This document shows, one piece after another, positions 51,219 through 61,530 of a stretch of 64,000 nt of DNA. Source of the stretch: Candidatus Heimdallarchaeota archaeon. GTDB taxonomy: Archaea; Asgardarchaeota; Heimdallarchaeia; Heimdallarchaeales; Heimdallarchaeaceae. The stretch is from positions 96,001 through 160,000 of the forward strand of contig JAHLWR010000004.1 of NCBI GenBank assembly GCA_019057815.1, in the 5' to 3' direction. Under the pieces are notes generated by a model. It did not search any database, was not told the origin of the DNA, and saw only the letters and a program-made list of their open reading frames with translations. A program made the position numbers and the translations under genes. The first letter of the stretch is position 1; each line of letters begins with the position of its first letter.

Positions 51219-51287
51219 TGCAAGATAATCTCCAAGTAACCACTAACATTCTAATTAGCACTACACAATAATAAGCGTTTTCCCTTT

Positions 51288-51433
51288 ATAGTCTTAATTT
51301 TTGTACGTTTTTATTGTACAGCAATCTTGCGCTTCAAGAACCCCTTCGAGGGGGAAACAATCATCGCGCCATTGAAGATGGACTATAACACCTTAGCCAC
51401 AGACACTGGAGAAGACAAGCTTCTTCCGCTCAT
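51288..51433. other. GC-rich structured segment at the glgP 3' end (MITE remnant or 3' RNA element)
   Basis: Stems CCCCT/AGGGG, GCGC/GCGC, ATCTT/AAGAT, TTATAGTC/GACTATAA; ends resemble the local MITE termini. Confidence 0.45.
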
Positions 51434-53574
51434 GTGTTTTCTTGTTGAAGTGGATTATAGACTCGAGTGATGTATTCTTTCACCATTCTTCGAGTAGAAA
51501 AGTAGCTTATAGTGCTCTTAATACTTTCTCTAACGACATCTAACCAATTTCGAGGAATACCTTCATTATCTCGATAATAATACAAAGGGATGATTTCATT
51601 TTCTAGAACACTATAAAGTGAGTTAACATCAAATTTATCTTGTTCTTCATGATTATCAAACACTTTATCTGAAGAACCTATAGTCCAACCGTTTTTACCA
51701 TTATATCCTTCTTCCCACCAACCATCAAGAACAGAGAAATTAGGTACACCGTTAATTGCAGCTTTTTGACCACTTGTACCAGAAGCTTCAAGAGGTCTAC
51801 GAGGGTTATTAAGCCATATATCAACACCTTGAGTTAGGAATCTTGCTACATTGAGACCATAGTCCTCAAGGAAAACAATCCTACCAGAAAATTCACGGTT
51901 TAATGTATGTTTATAAATTTCTTGAATCATATCTATGCCAGCATAGTTTGCTGGATGACTTTTCCCTGCAAAAATGATTTGAACCGGTCTGTAGGGGTTA
52001 TTAACAATACTTTTCAACCTTTCAATGTCTTTGAAGATTAATGTTGCTCGTTTATATGGAGCTAATCTTCTAGCAAAACCTATTGTTAGCGTGTCTGGAT
52101 CCAATAGAACACCAGAACTCAAAGTTTGTTCTGCGCTTAATTTACTTTTTCTCCATTTATGACGAGCTCTATCTCTAATGTAGTTGATGAGTTTGTTCTT
52201 CAAATGACGTCTAATATCCCAAAGAATTCTATCTGGAATATCATATATTCTCTCCCAGATAATTGGATCGTCTTGAGTGTCCATCCAATTTGTTCCGATA
52301 TATCGATTGAAGACGTTATCGAATTTCCCAGCAATCCAGGTTGGTATATGGACACCGTTGGTAATTCCAATAATAGGAGGTTCAGAGTAAACTTTAGACC
52401 AGATTGGTTTTAATTGTTTATTCATAACTTTGGCATTTAACTGACTTACTCCATTAATAACGCTAGTCAAGTTGGTCGCAAGCATTGTCATATTGAAAGG
52501 ACTATTACTTTTTTCAATCATTCCAAGTTGTAGAAATTCTTGTTTTGAGATTCCCAATTCCTTCCAGACAGGTTCGAAATATTTCTCAATCAAGAATACG
52601 TCGAATTCTTCATGTCCTGCAGGAATAGGAGTATGAGTCGTAAAAGCAGAATGTTTTTTAACGAATTCTTTAGCATCCACAAAAGCATATCCTTCAGCAA
52701 CTTTTTCTCTGATTAATTCAACTAGCGCAAACGATGAGTGTCCTTCATTCAAATGCCAGACAGAGGGGTGAATATCTAGAGCTCTTAAAACCCTTACACT
52801 ACCCATACCTGCTACAATCTCTTGTCTAAGTCTCAAATCCCGATCAGTATCGTATAATCTGTAGCTTAATTCTCTGTCCTCAGGTTGATTTTGCTCTAAA
52901 TCGGTGTCCATTAGAAAGAGATCTGTTTTTCCAATCTGAAGATGCCACACTTTGACAGTAATAATACGATCACCTAAAGGAACACTAACAAGAAAATCAT
53001 TATCTTCTTTACCAGTAAAGACTGGATGTAAAGCTGTCTCATCGAAATTGATAGTCTCATAGCTGGCTTGTTGTCTCCCTTCAGGAGATATTGATTGAGT
53101 GAAATAACCTTGGGAATACATGAAACCAACAGATACAAAAGAAAGACCAAGATCACTAGCTTCTTTGCAATGGTCACCGGAAAGCACACCAAGACCTCCA
53201 CTGTAAATAGGAAGACTGTGATGAACAGCAAATTCCATAGAAAGATAAGCTATAGTTTCATTCTTAAATTGAGGATAGGACTTTGAAAACCAGTGACTAT
53301 TGTTTGTCTTAGCAGATTTTAAATCATGTATAACTGAATCATATAGTAGAAGGATACTGGGATTTTTTGATACTTTTTCCAACCTTTCTTTCGAAATAAG
53401 ATGAAGCATGTGAACTGGATTATGGTTGGTTTGACGCCATAGAGGTAAATCTAAAGCTCTCCATAATTCGCGAGATTTCCTATTCCAACTCCATTGTAAA
53501 TCGTAAGCTAGTTCCTCTAACTTAGATAATCTTTTGGGGATTTTATCAGAGAAGATTGCTGGTATTCGAGTCAT
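51430..53574 (-). CDS. glgP: Alpha-glucan (glycogen/maltodextrin) phosphorylase
   Basis: YSGGLGVL, HLNEGH, FTTHTP, FARRLAPYKR, EASGTSGQK (PLP lysine). Confidence 0.97.
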   Translation of the reverse strand: MTRIPAIFSDKIPKRLSKLEELAYDLQWSWNRKSRELWRALDLPLWRQTNHNPVHMLHLISKERLEKVSKNPSILLLYDSVIHDLKSAKTNNSHWFSKSYPQFKNETIAYLSMEFAVHHSLPIYSGGLGVLSGDHCKEASDLGLSFVSVGFMYSQGYFTQSISPEGRQQASYETINFDETALHPVFTGKEDNDFLVSVPLGDRIITVKVWHLQIGKTDLFLMDTDLEQNQPEDRELSYRLYDTDRDLRLRQEIVAGMGSVRVLRALDIHPSVWHLNEGHSSFALVELIREKVAEGYAFVDAKEFVKKHSAFTTHTPIPAGHEEFDVFLIEKYFEPVWKELGISKQEFLQLGMIEKSNSPFNMTMLATNLTSVINGVSQLNAKVMNKQLKPIWSKVYSEPPIIGITNGVHIPTWIAGKFDNVFNRYIGTNWMDTQDDPIIWERIYDIPDRILWDIRRHLKNKLINYIRDRARHKWRKSKLSAEQTLSSGVLLDPDTLTIGFARRLAPYKRATLIFKDIERLKSIVNNPYRPVQIIFAGKSHPANYAGIDMIQEIYKHTLNREFSGRIVFLEDYGLNVARFLTQGVDIWLNNPRRPLEASGTSGQKAAINGVPNFSVLDGWWEEGYNGKNGWTIGSSDKVFDNHEEQDKFDVNSLYSVLENEIIPLYYYRDNEGIPRNWLDVVRESIKSTISYFSTRRMVKEYITRVYNPLQQENT

Positions 53575-53577
53575 GAG

Positions 53578-53856
53578 TTATTTTTCCCACTTTCCCCACT
53601 TAAGGGTAGTGGTATATAATTTTGAGGACTCTTCCCAACCCAAGAACGTTTAAGGTCGCATCGCATCAAGCAGTAGCTTAGGGAGTTTCAAGCTCTGGGA
53701 TTACACCTCCAACACACAGTGTTAGCGGAAGTGAGCGGGTTCATCTCCTCCCCGGGACTCATTACTGAAGACTATATTATTGAGAACCTTAGGCTCTCAC
53801 TCCAGCTCCGGGTGTAAGCAGATGATTCTGCTTTGTCTTCGCCATTGGCTTAAGAC
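53578..53856 (-). ncRNA. Unidentified structured RNA or long 5' leader of glgP
   Basis: GC-enriched, no long ORF, multiple stems whose G-U wobbles work only on the minus strand; TTTTTATA box about 25 nt upstream. Confidence 0.55.
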
Positions 53857-54262
53857 ATTATTTATATTAGAATTTCCTATAAAAAGCTAACAGAAATATG
53901 GTAAAAATGGGGAAAAATTATCATGCATTAGAATCTCGGCAAGCAATCTAGTTTATTTGTTTTGTCTTATATAGCAAGGGAAAAGATAACTGTAAAAAAA
54001 CAAAAATTATCTCTAAATATAAAGCTGAGTTATTTATTCTGATTATTATATTGCACTGATTCTTTTGATGTCTGTAATTAGTACTTCTATGATCATTATT
54101 ATTAGAAAAACAGAATAGAATCACCCTCTCCTTTTATTTATTAGTAGTTTAGCCAAAATTTTAAATATCCCTTTTTCAATCTTGAATATAAATGTTGAAT
54201 AGTAAAGTTTATTAATATTATTTTTTCTGAATATCTGAAAATGAAAATCTGTATGTATTTTA

Positions 54263-55312
54263 TTGTTAACACTAAAATGGATATGGAATAGCAAGGGATA
54301 TCTGATGAGTATAAAGAGGGAAAAAGTGAAAGATATAAAAAAACACACTCTAGAATCTGAAGCAACTAAATTTGAAGAAAAACTAGCTAGGAAATTAGGT
54401 GAAGTAGCTATTTTACTGCATTTATCTCGTTTTCCAGACGGTTCACATGCATACGAAATGCGTTCAAAGGTTTCAGAAATTTTATTTAATAAACAAAAGA
54501 AAGGTTTAGAATTTCTCCAGTATCATTACGATGCATTATGTCTCTTCAAAAATTTCATTGAAAACTATGAACCTGATTCAGAAGATTATGATTATAAGCA
54601 TCAAAAAGTAGTAGAATCTATAGAAAAACACCCAATATTCAAGTTTAATCCACACATACAAAATCTATTGCATCGTAAAAACATCGAGAAGACGGAGGAA
54701 GACTTTGAACATTTAAATGATATGTTAAACTCTTTCGAAAAAACGATAAAGGATATGAAAGGTCATACGACAGTTTGGAGCAATATCAGTGGTATTTACC
54801 CTGCTATAGATTCACTCGAAAATAGTAGTCTAATTAAGCTTTCTAGAGAAGATTCTGAAGGTGGTAGACTGAAGAAAATCTACGAAATAACAGAACTAGG
54901 AAGAAGAACAGTAACACGAGTGATTTTATCCATAGTCGATTTAACAGGATTCATTTTTAGCCTTGATAATCAGCTTTTAACATTGGAAGGAAAAAGAAAG
55001 ATTCCTCTTTTGAATCCAATTAGAGATCTCATGCATAAAATAACTGAAGACTTACCAAGTGAAATGAGAAAAAAATTATTAATGCGCAAAGGGAAAAAAC
55101 ACCATTCTTTCGCTCGAAAAATTATGGAACACGGACTCCCACTGCCTAACCCGCGGTTTCTGGTTCATAATCCTCATTTAATTAAACAACATTTGAAAAA
55201 TGTAGAAAACGAAAATGAAAGAAAATTAGCAAAAGATTTTCTCAAGGAAATGCTTTTGAGTCACAAAGAAAAAATAGAGAAAGCTTTGAAGGAGCTAAAA
55301 GAAAGTGACTAG
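54263..55312 (+). CDS. PadR-like regulator with a large internal insertion (likely start 54304)
   Basis: ILLHLS...HAYEM [~100 aa] SGIYPAIDSLE...GRLKKIYEITELG. Confidence 0.75.
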   Translation: MLTLKWIWNSKGYLMSIKREKVKDIKKHTLESEATKFEEKLARKLGEVAILLHLSRFPDGSHAYEMRSKVSEILFNKQKKGLEFLQYHYDALCLFKNFIENYEPDSEDYDYKHQKVVESIEKHPIFKFNPHIQNLLHRKNIEKTEEDFEHLNDMLNSFEKTIKDMKGHTTVWSNISGIYPAIDSLENSSLIKLSREDSEGGRLKKIYEITELGRRTVTRVILSIVDLTGFIFSLDNQLLTLEGKRKIPLLNPIRDLMHKITEDLPSEMRKKLLMRKGKKHHSFARKIMEHGLPLPNPRFLVHNPHLIKQHLKNVENENERKLAKDFLKEMLLSHKEKIEKALKELKESD

Positions 55313-55362
55313 TAAATTGTCCCAAGTTAAAGATTATAAATGAAATATGGAGATTACACAAG

Positions 55363-57192
55363 ATGGCGGTAATAACAGACAAAAAAGCAACTAGCATGTA
55401 TAATATTGATATTCAGTATGAACTACTAAAGAAGTACAAATCCGCAAATGGGTGGTTCTGGTCCGCGTTTAAGCGTTATCCACTTATGTATCTTTTTGGA
55501 ATAATAGTGTTTGGAGCCAGTACTTATCTTGCTACAAAAACTACTGCATTGATAGGTGAAGCATTAGATCATTTATTGGTTGAAGGTTTTTCGACTAATT
55601 TCAACAAAACTATAGGTCTAATGATTATTTATGTAATAATAAGCTGGGGTTGTTTAAGTTCTGGAGCTTATGTCTGGTCAATAGCATCTTTTCGCGTTCA
55701 GAGAGATATGAGGCAAGAATTTTATGAAGTGATTCAAGCTCATTCAATGGCTTTCTTTGATGTAAATGATTCTGGGGTTATATTGTCAATGGGAATGAAT
55801 GAAATTAATCAAATCCGTATGGCAATACATCCTTCCATCAGGATGCTTATGACTTCGATATTCTCAATAGTGATAACAACAATTTTTCTATGGCAGTACA
55901 ATCTCACCATTGGAGTTACTGTAGCTGTAAGTTTTGTTGTGTACTTAATTATAGCATGGATTTATGCATCGAAAGTTGGCCCGATAAGAAGAAAACTTGC
56001 CAAAGATTTAGCTGATTTATCAGCAACCTCGCAGGAAATGTTTAGAGGTATAGATGTTGTAAGATCTTTTGATAATCACGACAAAGAAATTAATAAGTTC
56101 GGGCATATAAGTAATGAATACGCTCTCGATATGAAAAAAGAAGGATACTTAAGCGCATTTTATTGGCCTGCATTAATTACGATTGTTTTTACTGCAGCTT
56201 CTTTTGGCTATGGTATTTGGCTTGTCATTGAGGGTAATTTTAGTATAGGTGTTTTTATATCTGTTTTAGCACTATTGATGGCTCTTTCTAGACAGAACTT
56301 CATGATTCCCATGCGATTAATCATGCTTCAAGCAGGTCTACAAAATTCCAAACGCCTATGGGATTCTATGGCATTCAAAGATCCTTTAACGCAACCAGAT
56401 AACCCAGTGGAGAGTGAATGGAATAAAAAGGTATCATTCAATAATATCTCTTTTGCTTACCCTAGTACAGATAAGAAAGTCTTAGATAACATCTCTTTCC
56501 AGATTCCAGCAGGAGCTAGAGTTGCATTAATAGGTGGTCCAGGATCTGGGAAATCAACAATTTTGAAATTGTTACTTAGATTATATGATCCCACTGAAGG
56601 TGATATTTTAATTAATGGTGTTGCTATGAGTTCCATGCATACTAGTCATGTAAGGTCCAATGTTACAATGGTGGAACAGGATATTTTTCTCTTCTCAGAT
56701 ACCCTCAAAGCTAATATTTCATTTGCAAAATCAGATGCAACAGATGAAGAAATAAGAAAAGCCGCTGAGAGAGCTCAAATATCTCAATTCATCGAATCAC
56801 TCCCGAATCAATATGATACTGTTATAGGAGAAAGGGGAGTTACACTGTCTGGAGGACAAAGACAAAGAGTTGCAATAGCACGAGCTTTGCTCTCCAATCC
56901 AAAATTATTGCTACTAGATGACAGTACAAGTGCTGTTGATATTAAGACAGAGCTCAGACTACGAAAAGCAATGGACGAATTGATGAAAGATAGGACAAGC
57001 ATTGTAGTTACTCAAAGATTAACAACTTTGGTAGCAGCTGATATGATTATTCTTATGAAAAAAGGTCGTATAGTTGATATTGGAAACCACACAGAACTTC
57101 TAGAACGATGCCAAGATTACCAATTCATGTATCAACACTTGCCAATAACCAATGGATCTGTAGCTCGTAATGATGTTGGAGGTAGAAACTAA
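55363..57192 (+). CDS. ABC exporter half-transporter (TMD-NBD), degenerate site
   Basis: GGPGSGKST, LSGGQ, LLLDD, TQR. Confidence 0.95.
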   Translation: MAVITDKKATSMYNIDIQYELLKKYKSANGWFWSAFKRYPLMYLFGIIVFGASTYLATKTTALIGEALDHLLVEGFSTNFNKTIGLMIIYVIISWGCLSSGAYVWSIASFRVQRDMRQEFYEVIQAHSMAFFDVNDSGVILSMGMNEINQIRMAIHPSIRMLMTSIFSIVITTIFLWQYNLTIGVTVAVSFVVYLIIAWIYASKVGPIRRKLAKDLADLSATSQEMFRGIDVVRSFDNHDKEINKFGHISNEYALDMKKEGYLSAFYWPALITIVFTAASFGYGIWLVIEGNFSIGVFISVLALLMALSRQNFMIPMRLIMLQAGLQNSKRLWDSMAFKDPLTQPDNPVESEWNKKVSFNNISFAYPSTDKKVLDNISFQIPAGARVALIGGPGSGKSTILKLLLRLYDPTEGDILINGVAMSSMHTSHVRSNVTMVEQDIFLFSDTLKANISFAKSDATDEEIRKAAERAQISQFIESLPNQYDTVIGERGVTLSGGQRQRVAIARALLSNPKLLLLDDSTSAVDIKTELRLRKAMDELMKDRTSIVVTQRLTTLVAADMIILMKKGRIVDIGNHTELLERCQDYQFMYQHLPITNGSVARNDVGGRN

Positions 57193-59222
57193 TGGCTCAT
57201 GGTAGTGGTCGTGGTCCAGGACGAGCTTTTGATACGATTAAGTATAAACGAGCTAGATCTACAAAAGTACTAGTTTCTAGCTTATGGAAATACTTGAAAA
57301 GATACATTTGGCCTATAATATTTTCAACAGGATTCATTCTACTCTATTCATTAACCTCACTATTAACTCCATTTATAGCTAAGCTAGGAATTGACAAGGT
57401 TACTGGAACTTCTGAAACGTTCAGTGCTCTGATACCATTAACTATACTATTTCTAGTACTAACAGCTGTAGGTTGGGTTTTTCATTCAATTTCAGTAAGA
57501 ATTATGTCTAAAATGAATTCAAAAATGCTTCATGAAGTTAGGATGGATCTTTACGAAAAATTAAGTTTTTCTGACATGTCTTATCTTAAGAAAGAGCAAT
57601 CAGGAAACATCACAGCTAGAGTCACTGCAGATACTGGAGAATTAGCTACAGGAGTTCAGCTCTCAACATCCATTTTGTCACAAGTGTTGCTGATAATAGG
57701 TTCTTTTATTCTTCTTGTAACAACCAATTGGATTATAGCGTTAATCTCTTTAGCAGCTATACCTGTTGCATTCTTAATTGCTGGAGTTTTAAGCTATTTC
57801 GGAAGGAGAATAATTCTAAGAGTTCGAAGAGCATTTGGTTTTGTTTCTGGAAAGATGGCTGAAGGTTTGAGTGGCATTGCAGTCGCTAAATCATTTAATC
57901 GTGAAGAAGAACTATCAACAGAATTAAGGGAGTTAAACCAAAAACACTACAACTATTCTAAGCAATTTGGTATGTTAATGATGTTTGTAATGCCATCTGT
58001 TAGTGCCTTAAGTTATCTGTTATTTACAATGATTATTTATGTAAGTGGATGGATAAATAAAACAACCACTGTTCTCTCACTAGGTGATATTTACCTTTCA
58101 GTTAACCTATCTCAACAATTCCTATTTCCAATAATTATGTTGGCAATGAGTTTTCCACAACTAGAAGCAGCTTTTGGAGCTATGGACAGGATTATAGATG
58201 TCTTCGAAGCGAAACGAGCTGTAGAAGATGTTCCTGGTGCTGTGAAAATACAAACAACTGATGATAGTGTTCATTTCAAGAACATCAGTTTTGCTTATGA
58301 AGAGGATAACTATGTTTTGAAAAATATTACTTTTTCAGTTAACCCTGGGGAACTTGTGGCAGTTGTTGGTCATACAGGAGCAGGAAAAACAACTCTTTTC
58401 TCTTCTCTCCTAACTAGATTTTACGATATAGAAGAAGGAACGATATCCATAGGTGATCAAGATATCAGTAAGGTTAAACAATCATCTTTACGAAAAACAA
58501 TAGGTTTAGTCACACAAGAACCCTTCCTCTTCACTGGAACTGTGATGGAAAATGTCCTGTACGGTGCTCCAAATGCAACAGAAGAAGATGTAAAAGAAAT
58601 CTGCAAAAAGATCAATGCTGATGAGTTTATCGATGCTCTACCTAATGGGTATGACACTTTAGTAGTTGAAGGCGGTAAAAAACTATCTTCAGGACAACGT
58701 CAAATTATTACAATTGCTAGAACAATGTTAGCTGACCCAAGAATCTTAGTTCTTGATGAAGCTACGAGCAGGTTAGATGCTTACACAGAGTCTTTAGTAC
58801 AAGCTGCTCAAAGAGAACTTTTCAAAGAGCGCACAACTTTTGTAATAGCACACAGATTATCAACAATAAGTGATGCGGAGAAAATAGTTGTTCTTGACCA
58901 TGGAGAATTAGTTGAAATAGGTTCTCATAGAGAGTTAATGGACTTAAATGGTATCTATGCTGATCTTTACAAAACTTACTATGTGCATCAAGGGTTAGCT
59001 GAAATAGATGTAGATATAGCAGATTTAGAACCGGAAGAACTAGAAGAACCGGCTAAAGCTGTTTCACCTCAAATGATGGGTATGACAAAGGGAGACCATA
59101 TGGGAAGTAAAAATGAATCTACTCTAAATAAAAAAGAGATGAGGAAACAACTAGAAAAAATGTCTCCTGAAGACAAACAGAAATTTATGCAAAGAATGAA
59201 AGAGCAGAAGAAGTTCAAGTAA
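57192..59222 (+). CDS. ABC exporter half-transporter (TMD-NBD), consensus site
   Basis: GHTGAGKT, LSSGQ, LDEAT, AHRL; heterodimer partner. Confidence 0.95.
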   Translation: MAHGSGRGPGRAFDTIKYKRARSTKVLVSSLWKYLKRYIWPIIFSTGFILLYSLTSLLTPFIAKLGIDKVTGTSETFSALIPLTILFLVLTAVGWVFHSISVRIMSKMNSKMLHEVRMDLYEKLSFSDMSYLKKEQSGNITARVTADTGELATGVQLSTSILSQVLLIIGSFILLVTTNWIIALISLAAIPVAFLIAGVLSYFGRRIILRVRRAFGFVSGKMAEGLSGIAVAKSFNREEELSTELRELNQKHYNYSKQFGMLMMFVMPSVSALSYLLFTMIIYVSGWINKTTTVLSLGDIYLSVNLSQQFLFPIIMLAMSFPQLEAAFGAMDRIIDVFEAKRAVEDVPGAVKIQTTDDSVHFKNISFAYEEDNYVLKNITFSVNPGELVAVVGHTGAGKTTLFSSLLTRFYDIEEGTISIGDQDISKVKQSSLRKTIGLVTQEPFLFTGTVMENVLYGAPNATEEDVKEICKKINADEFIDALPNGYDTLVVEGGKKLSSGQRQIITIARTMLADPRILVLDEATSRLDAYTESLVQAAQRELFKERTTFVIAHRLSTISDAEKIVVLDHGELVEIGSHRELMDLNGIYADLYKTYYVHQGLAEIDVDIADLEPEELEEPAKAVSPQMMGMTKGDHMGSKNESTLNKKEMRKQLEKMSPEDKQKFMQRMKEQKKFK

Positions 59223-59328
59223 TTCTTATATATTTTTTATTTAGCTAATTTAAAATACTCAAAGAGTCTATGTATTTCTGTAAAGATAATATTTAGGATT
59301 ATCAATAGAATGAGATGAGGATACAGTA

Positions 59329-60060
59329 ATGAGGAAAAAAAATAGTTTATTATTTTTATTAATTTTCATTGTACAATTATGCGTTCTAGGAGTAAATGCA
59401 GATCCAACAACAACAATTTCTGAAAATGAAACTTTAACAACAACAATAGTTGAAAGTGAAACTATTGATCTAGATTGGTATTATTTATATCAAGTAAATG
59501 AAGAAACACCAGTAAAAGATACTCAAGTAGTAGTCAATATCCTTTCTTCTGCTTCTATCGATTTCTTTGTAGCGGATGAGGGAGACACGGATGATTATTT
59601 AGACGGTGAATCAATTTACGTTTATATTGATGTGAGGAATATAACAGACGATACTCTTTCTTTTACTCTGGAAAGTAAACAGATGTACGAATTCGTTTTT
59701 GAGAACTCTGGAGATCATGGATTAGATGCTACTGTAACATTTTCTATAACCTTCATTTATGAATCAAGTTCTCTAGGGGATAAATATACCTGGATTATAT
59801 GGGTGATTATCGGTATTGCTGTAATAGGAATGATAGTCTTTTTCTCTAATAGAAGAAAAAGACAACAAATTTACAAACCTGCTTATCAACCCTATCAACC
59901 ATATGCTCCAACTCAACAAACTGTGGAGAGTAGTGGTTACAAACCAGCGCAAACACAAATTACCCAAGACACTCTGATGGCTAAATATTGCACGAATTGT
60001 GGAGCACAAAACGACGATAATGCAAGCTATTGCACGAGTTGTGGGTCAAGTATAAATTAA
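59329..60060 (+). CDS. Type I membrane protein with a cytoplasmic zinc ribbon
   Basis: Signal peptide, beta-sandwich-like ectodomain, TM plus RRKR, P/Q/Y linker, CTNCG...CTSCG. Confidence 0.85.
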   Translation: MRKKNSLLFLLIFIVQLCVLGVNADPTTTISENETLTTTIVESETIDLDWYYLYQVNEETPVKDTQVVVNILSSASIDFFVADEGDTDDYLDGESIYVYIDVRNITDDTLSFTLESKQMYEFVFENSGDHGLDATVTFSITFIYESSSLGDKYTWIIWVIIGIAVIGMIVFFSNRRKRQQIYKPAYQPYQPYAPTQQTVESSGYKPAQTQITQDTLMAKYCTNCGAQNDDNASYCTSCGSSIN

Positions 60061-60190
60061 AGCTAGGAAGCATTCAACAAATAATACTATTTTCTTGTTT
60101 TCTTTTTCTTATTAGCTTCCAGAGCTCTTTTTTTTGAAATAATAATTGTTATATAAAAAAATTTAATATCATAATTTTCTTTCCTAAAAC

Positions 60191-60409
60191 ATGGATATTG
60201 TTTTAGAAAGTACTATTAAGTGCCCTTTTTGCGGATTTGAGGAAAAAATAAAAATGCCTGAAGATAAATGTATGAGAACAATCATTTGTAACAATTGTAA
60301 GAGAGCAATTACTCCAAAAGAAGGAGATTGTTGCGTTTTTTGTAGTTATGCAGATGTTCCATGCCCTGCAATTCAACAAGAAAAAGATGATAGTAAGTTG
60401 TTTGTTTAA
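60191..60409 (+). CDS. GDCCVxC domain protein (Cys form)
   Basis: CPFCG...MP...CNNC...PKEGDCCVFCSY...CP. Confidence 0.92.
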   Translation: MDIVLESTIKCPFCGFEEKIKMPEDKCMRTIICNNCKRAITPKEGDCCVFCSYADVPCPAIQQEKDDSKLFV

Positions 60410-60443
60410 ATCGGAGTACTTAAGGTTTCATTTTATATTAAAT

Positions 60444-60938
60444 TCAAGAAAACTCTTTCTTTTTTTTCACGATTTTCTTCCACCACGATTTATATCGTGT
60501 CTTCAGTGGAATATCTTTCATTGCGCGTTTAGGAACCACACCTAACTCTAAGAGTGTATCTTCGAAGTTGTCAAAATCACTAACATTGATGTATCCTCTA
60601 CCAATTTTATCTCCATATAAATCAATAAACTTCTCAAGTGTCATATCTAATTGCTTTTCAACTTTTTCACTATCTTCAGATAATGGCGAAGTGAATACAA
60701 TAATCAATTCTTTCTCTTTGTCAATTCTAAAATGAAGCCTTAAATTACTAAAAACCACTGTTTGGATATCTTGTTGCCCAAAAGATTCTTTCGAAAAAGC
60801 GTACATCGCTGCAAAGAAACCTGTTTGGAGTGTATGATCAGGTTGCATTTTGCATGTTTCTCCTCCAAAGCATTTGCTATAATAAGGTAAACCAGAAGTA
60901 TCCATAACAAAAACATCATCAGCCACTGAAATCACCAA
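60444..60938 (-). CDS. Longin-like domain protein
   Basis: VFVMDTSGLPYYSKCF...DHTLQTGFFAAMYAFSKE...IQTVVF...KFIDLY. Confidence 0.75.
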   Translation of the reverse strand: MVISVADDVFVMDTSGLPYYSKCFGGETCKMQPDHTLQTGFFAAMYAFSKESFGQQDIQTVVFSNLRLHFRIDKEKELIIVFTSPLSEDSEKVEKQLDMTLEKFIDLYGDKIGRGYINVSDFDNFEDTLLELGVVPKRAMKDIPLKTRYKSWWKKIVKKKKEFS

Positions 60939-61060
60939 GATAATGTAATCGACTACTTGTTCTAAAACTTTTGGAAATTTAAAAAATAAATAAGTGATTT
61001 TTTGAAACTCTATGTTGTTTTTTCGATAAGTTTATTACAATCTCGCATAAAGCATGAGTA

Positions 61061-61372
61061 ATGACAGATAAACTCGAAAATGATGATACTGAACAGATAA
61101 GAAAAGCTCTTAAAACTCAAAATAGCCTATGGATAAAAAACAAATGGCTTTTTTGGACATGTATCATACTTTCTCCAGCAGCTTTTGTTTGGGGTTTCTT
61201 CATCCCTTTAGATAGTACATGGCAGCATTGGGTTCAGTCAATGATTTTCATAGTATCTGTTGGTTTCTTCATTGTTCCAATGTCATATCTGTTTAATCTC
61301 TTGTGGATGGCGTTTTTAGGGAAAAAATCTGCTGATATCGATGTCGATGAATCATCTGTTGATAGTAATTGA
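61061..61372 (+). CDS. Small 2-TM membrane protein
   Basis: Two hydrophobic helices. Confidence 0.65.
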   Translation: MTDKLENDDTEQIRKALKTQNSLWIKNKWLFWTCIILSPAAFVWGFFIPLDSTWQHWVQSMIFIVSVGFFIVPMSYLFNLLWMAFLGKKSADIDVDESSVDSN

Positions 61373-61530
61373 TTACTCCTTTAACAACTCAAAAAATGTG
61401 AAGATTAAGAAGTAGGGTAAAAAGCAATAAATTATGTTTATCTAATTTTTCCATCAGTTTTTCTTTGAACATTCATGAGTGTGGACATTTAAACAAAATA
61501 GCTTATAAATAACTTAATCTATCCCTTCGT

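Noticed and set aside
51325-51432. SECIS element and Sec readthrough of the glgP UGA
   Set aside because: An AUGA...UGA core is present but the upper stem pairs poorly, and phosphorylase homology is complete before the UGA.
53578-53856. SRP RNA, RNase P RNA, 5S rRNA, hammerhead or c-di-AMP riboswitch
   Set aside because: Only isolated look-alike words (UGUAAUCCCAG, GCGGAAGUGAGC, GAGGA..CCGCUCAC, AAUGAGUCC, GAACCCG..GCUAAC); the required partner motifs, order and strand do not fit.
51287-53856. Group I or II intron containing glgP
   Set aside because: UAUAGUC resembles the S element, but no properly placed R/P7 partner, domain V or flanking exons were found.
60191-60409. Selenoprotein
   Set aside because: The GDCCVFC motif is encoded entirely by Cys codons; no in-frame TGA.
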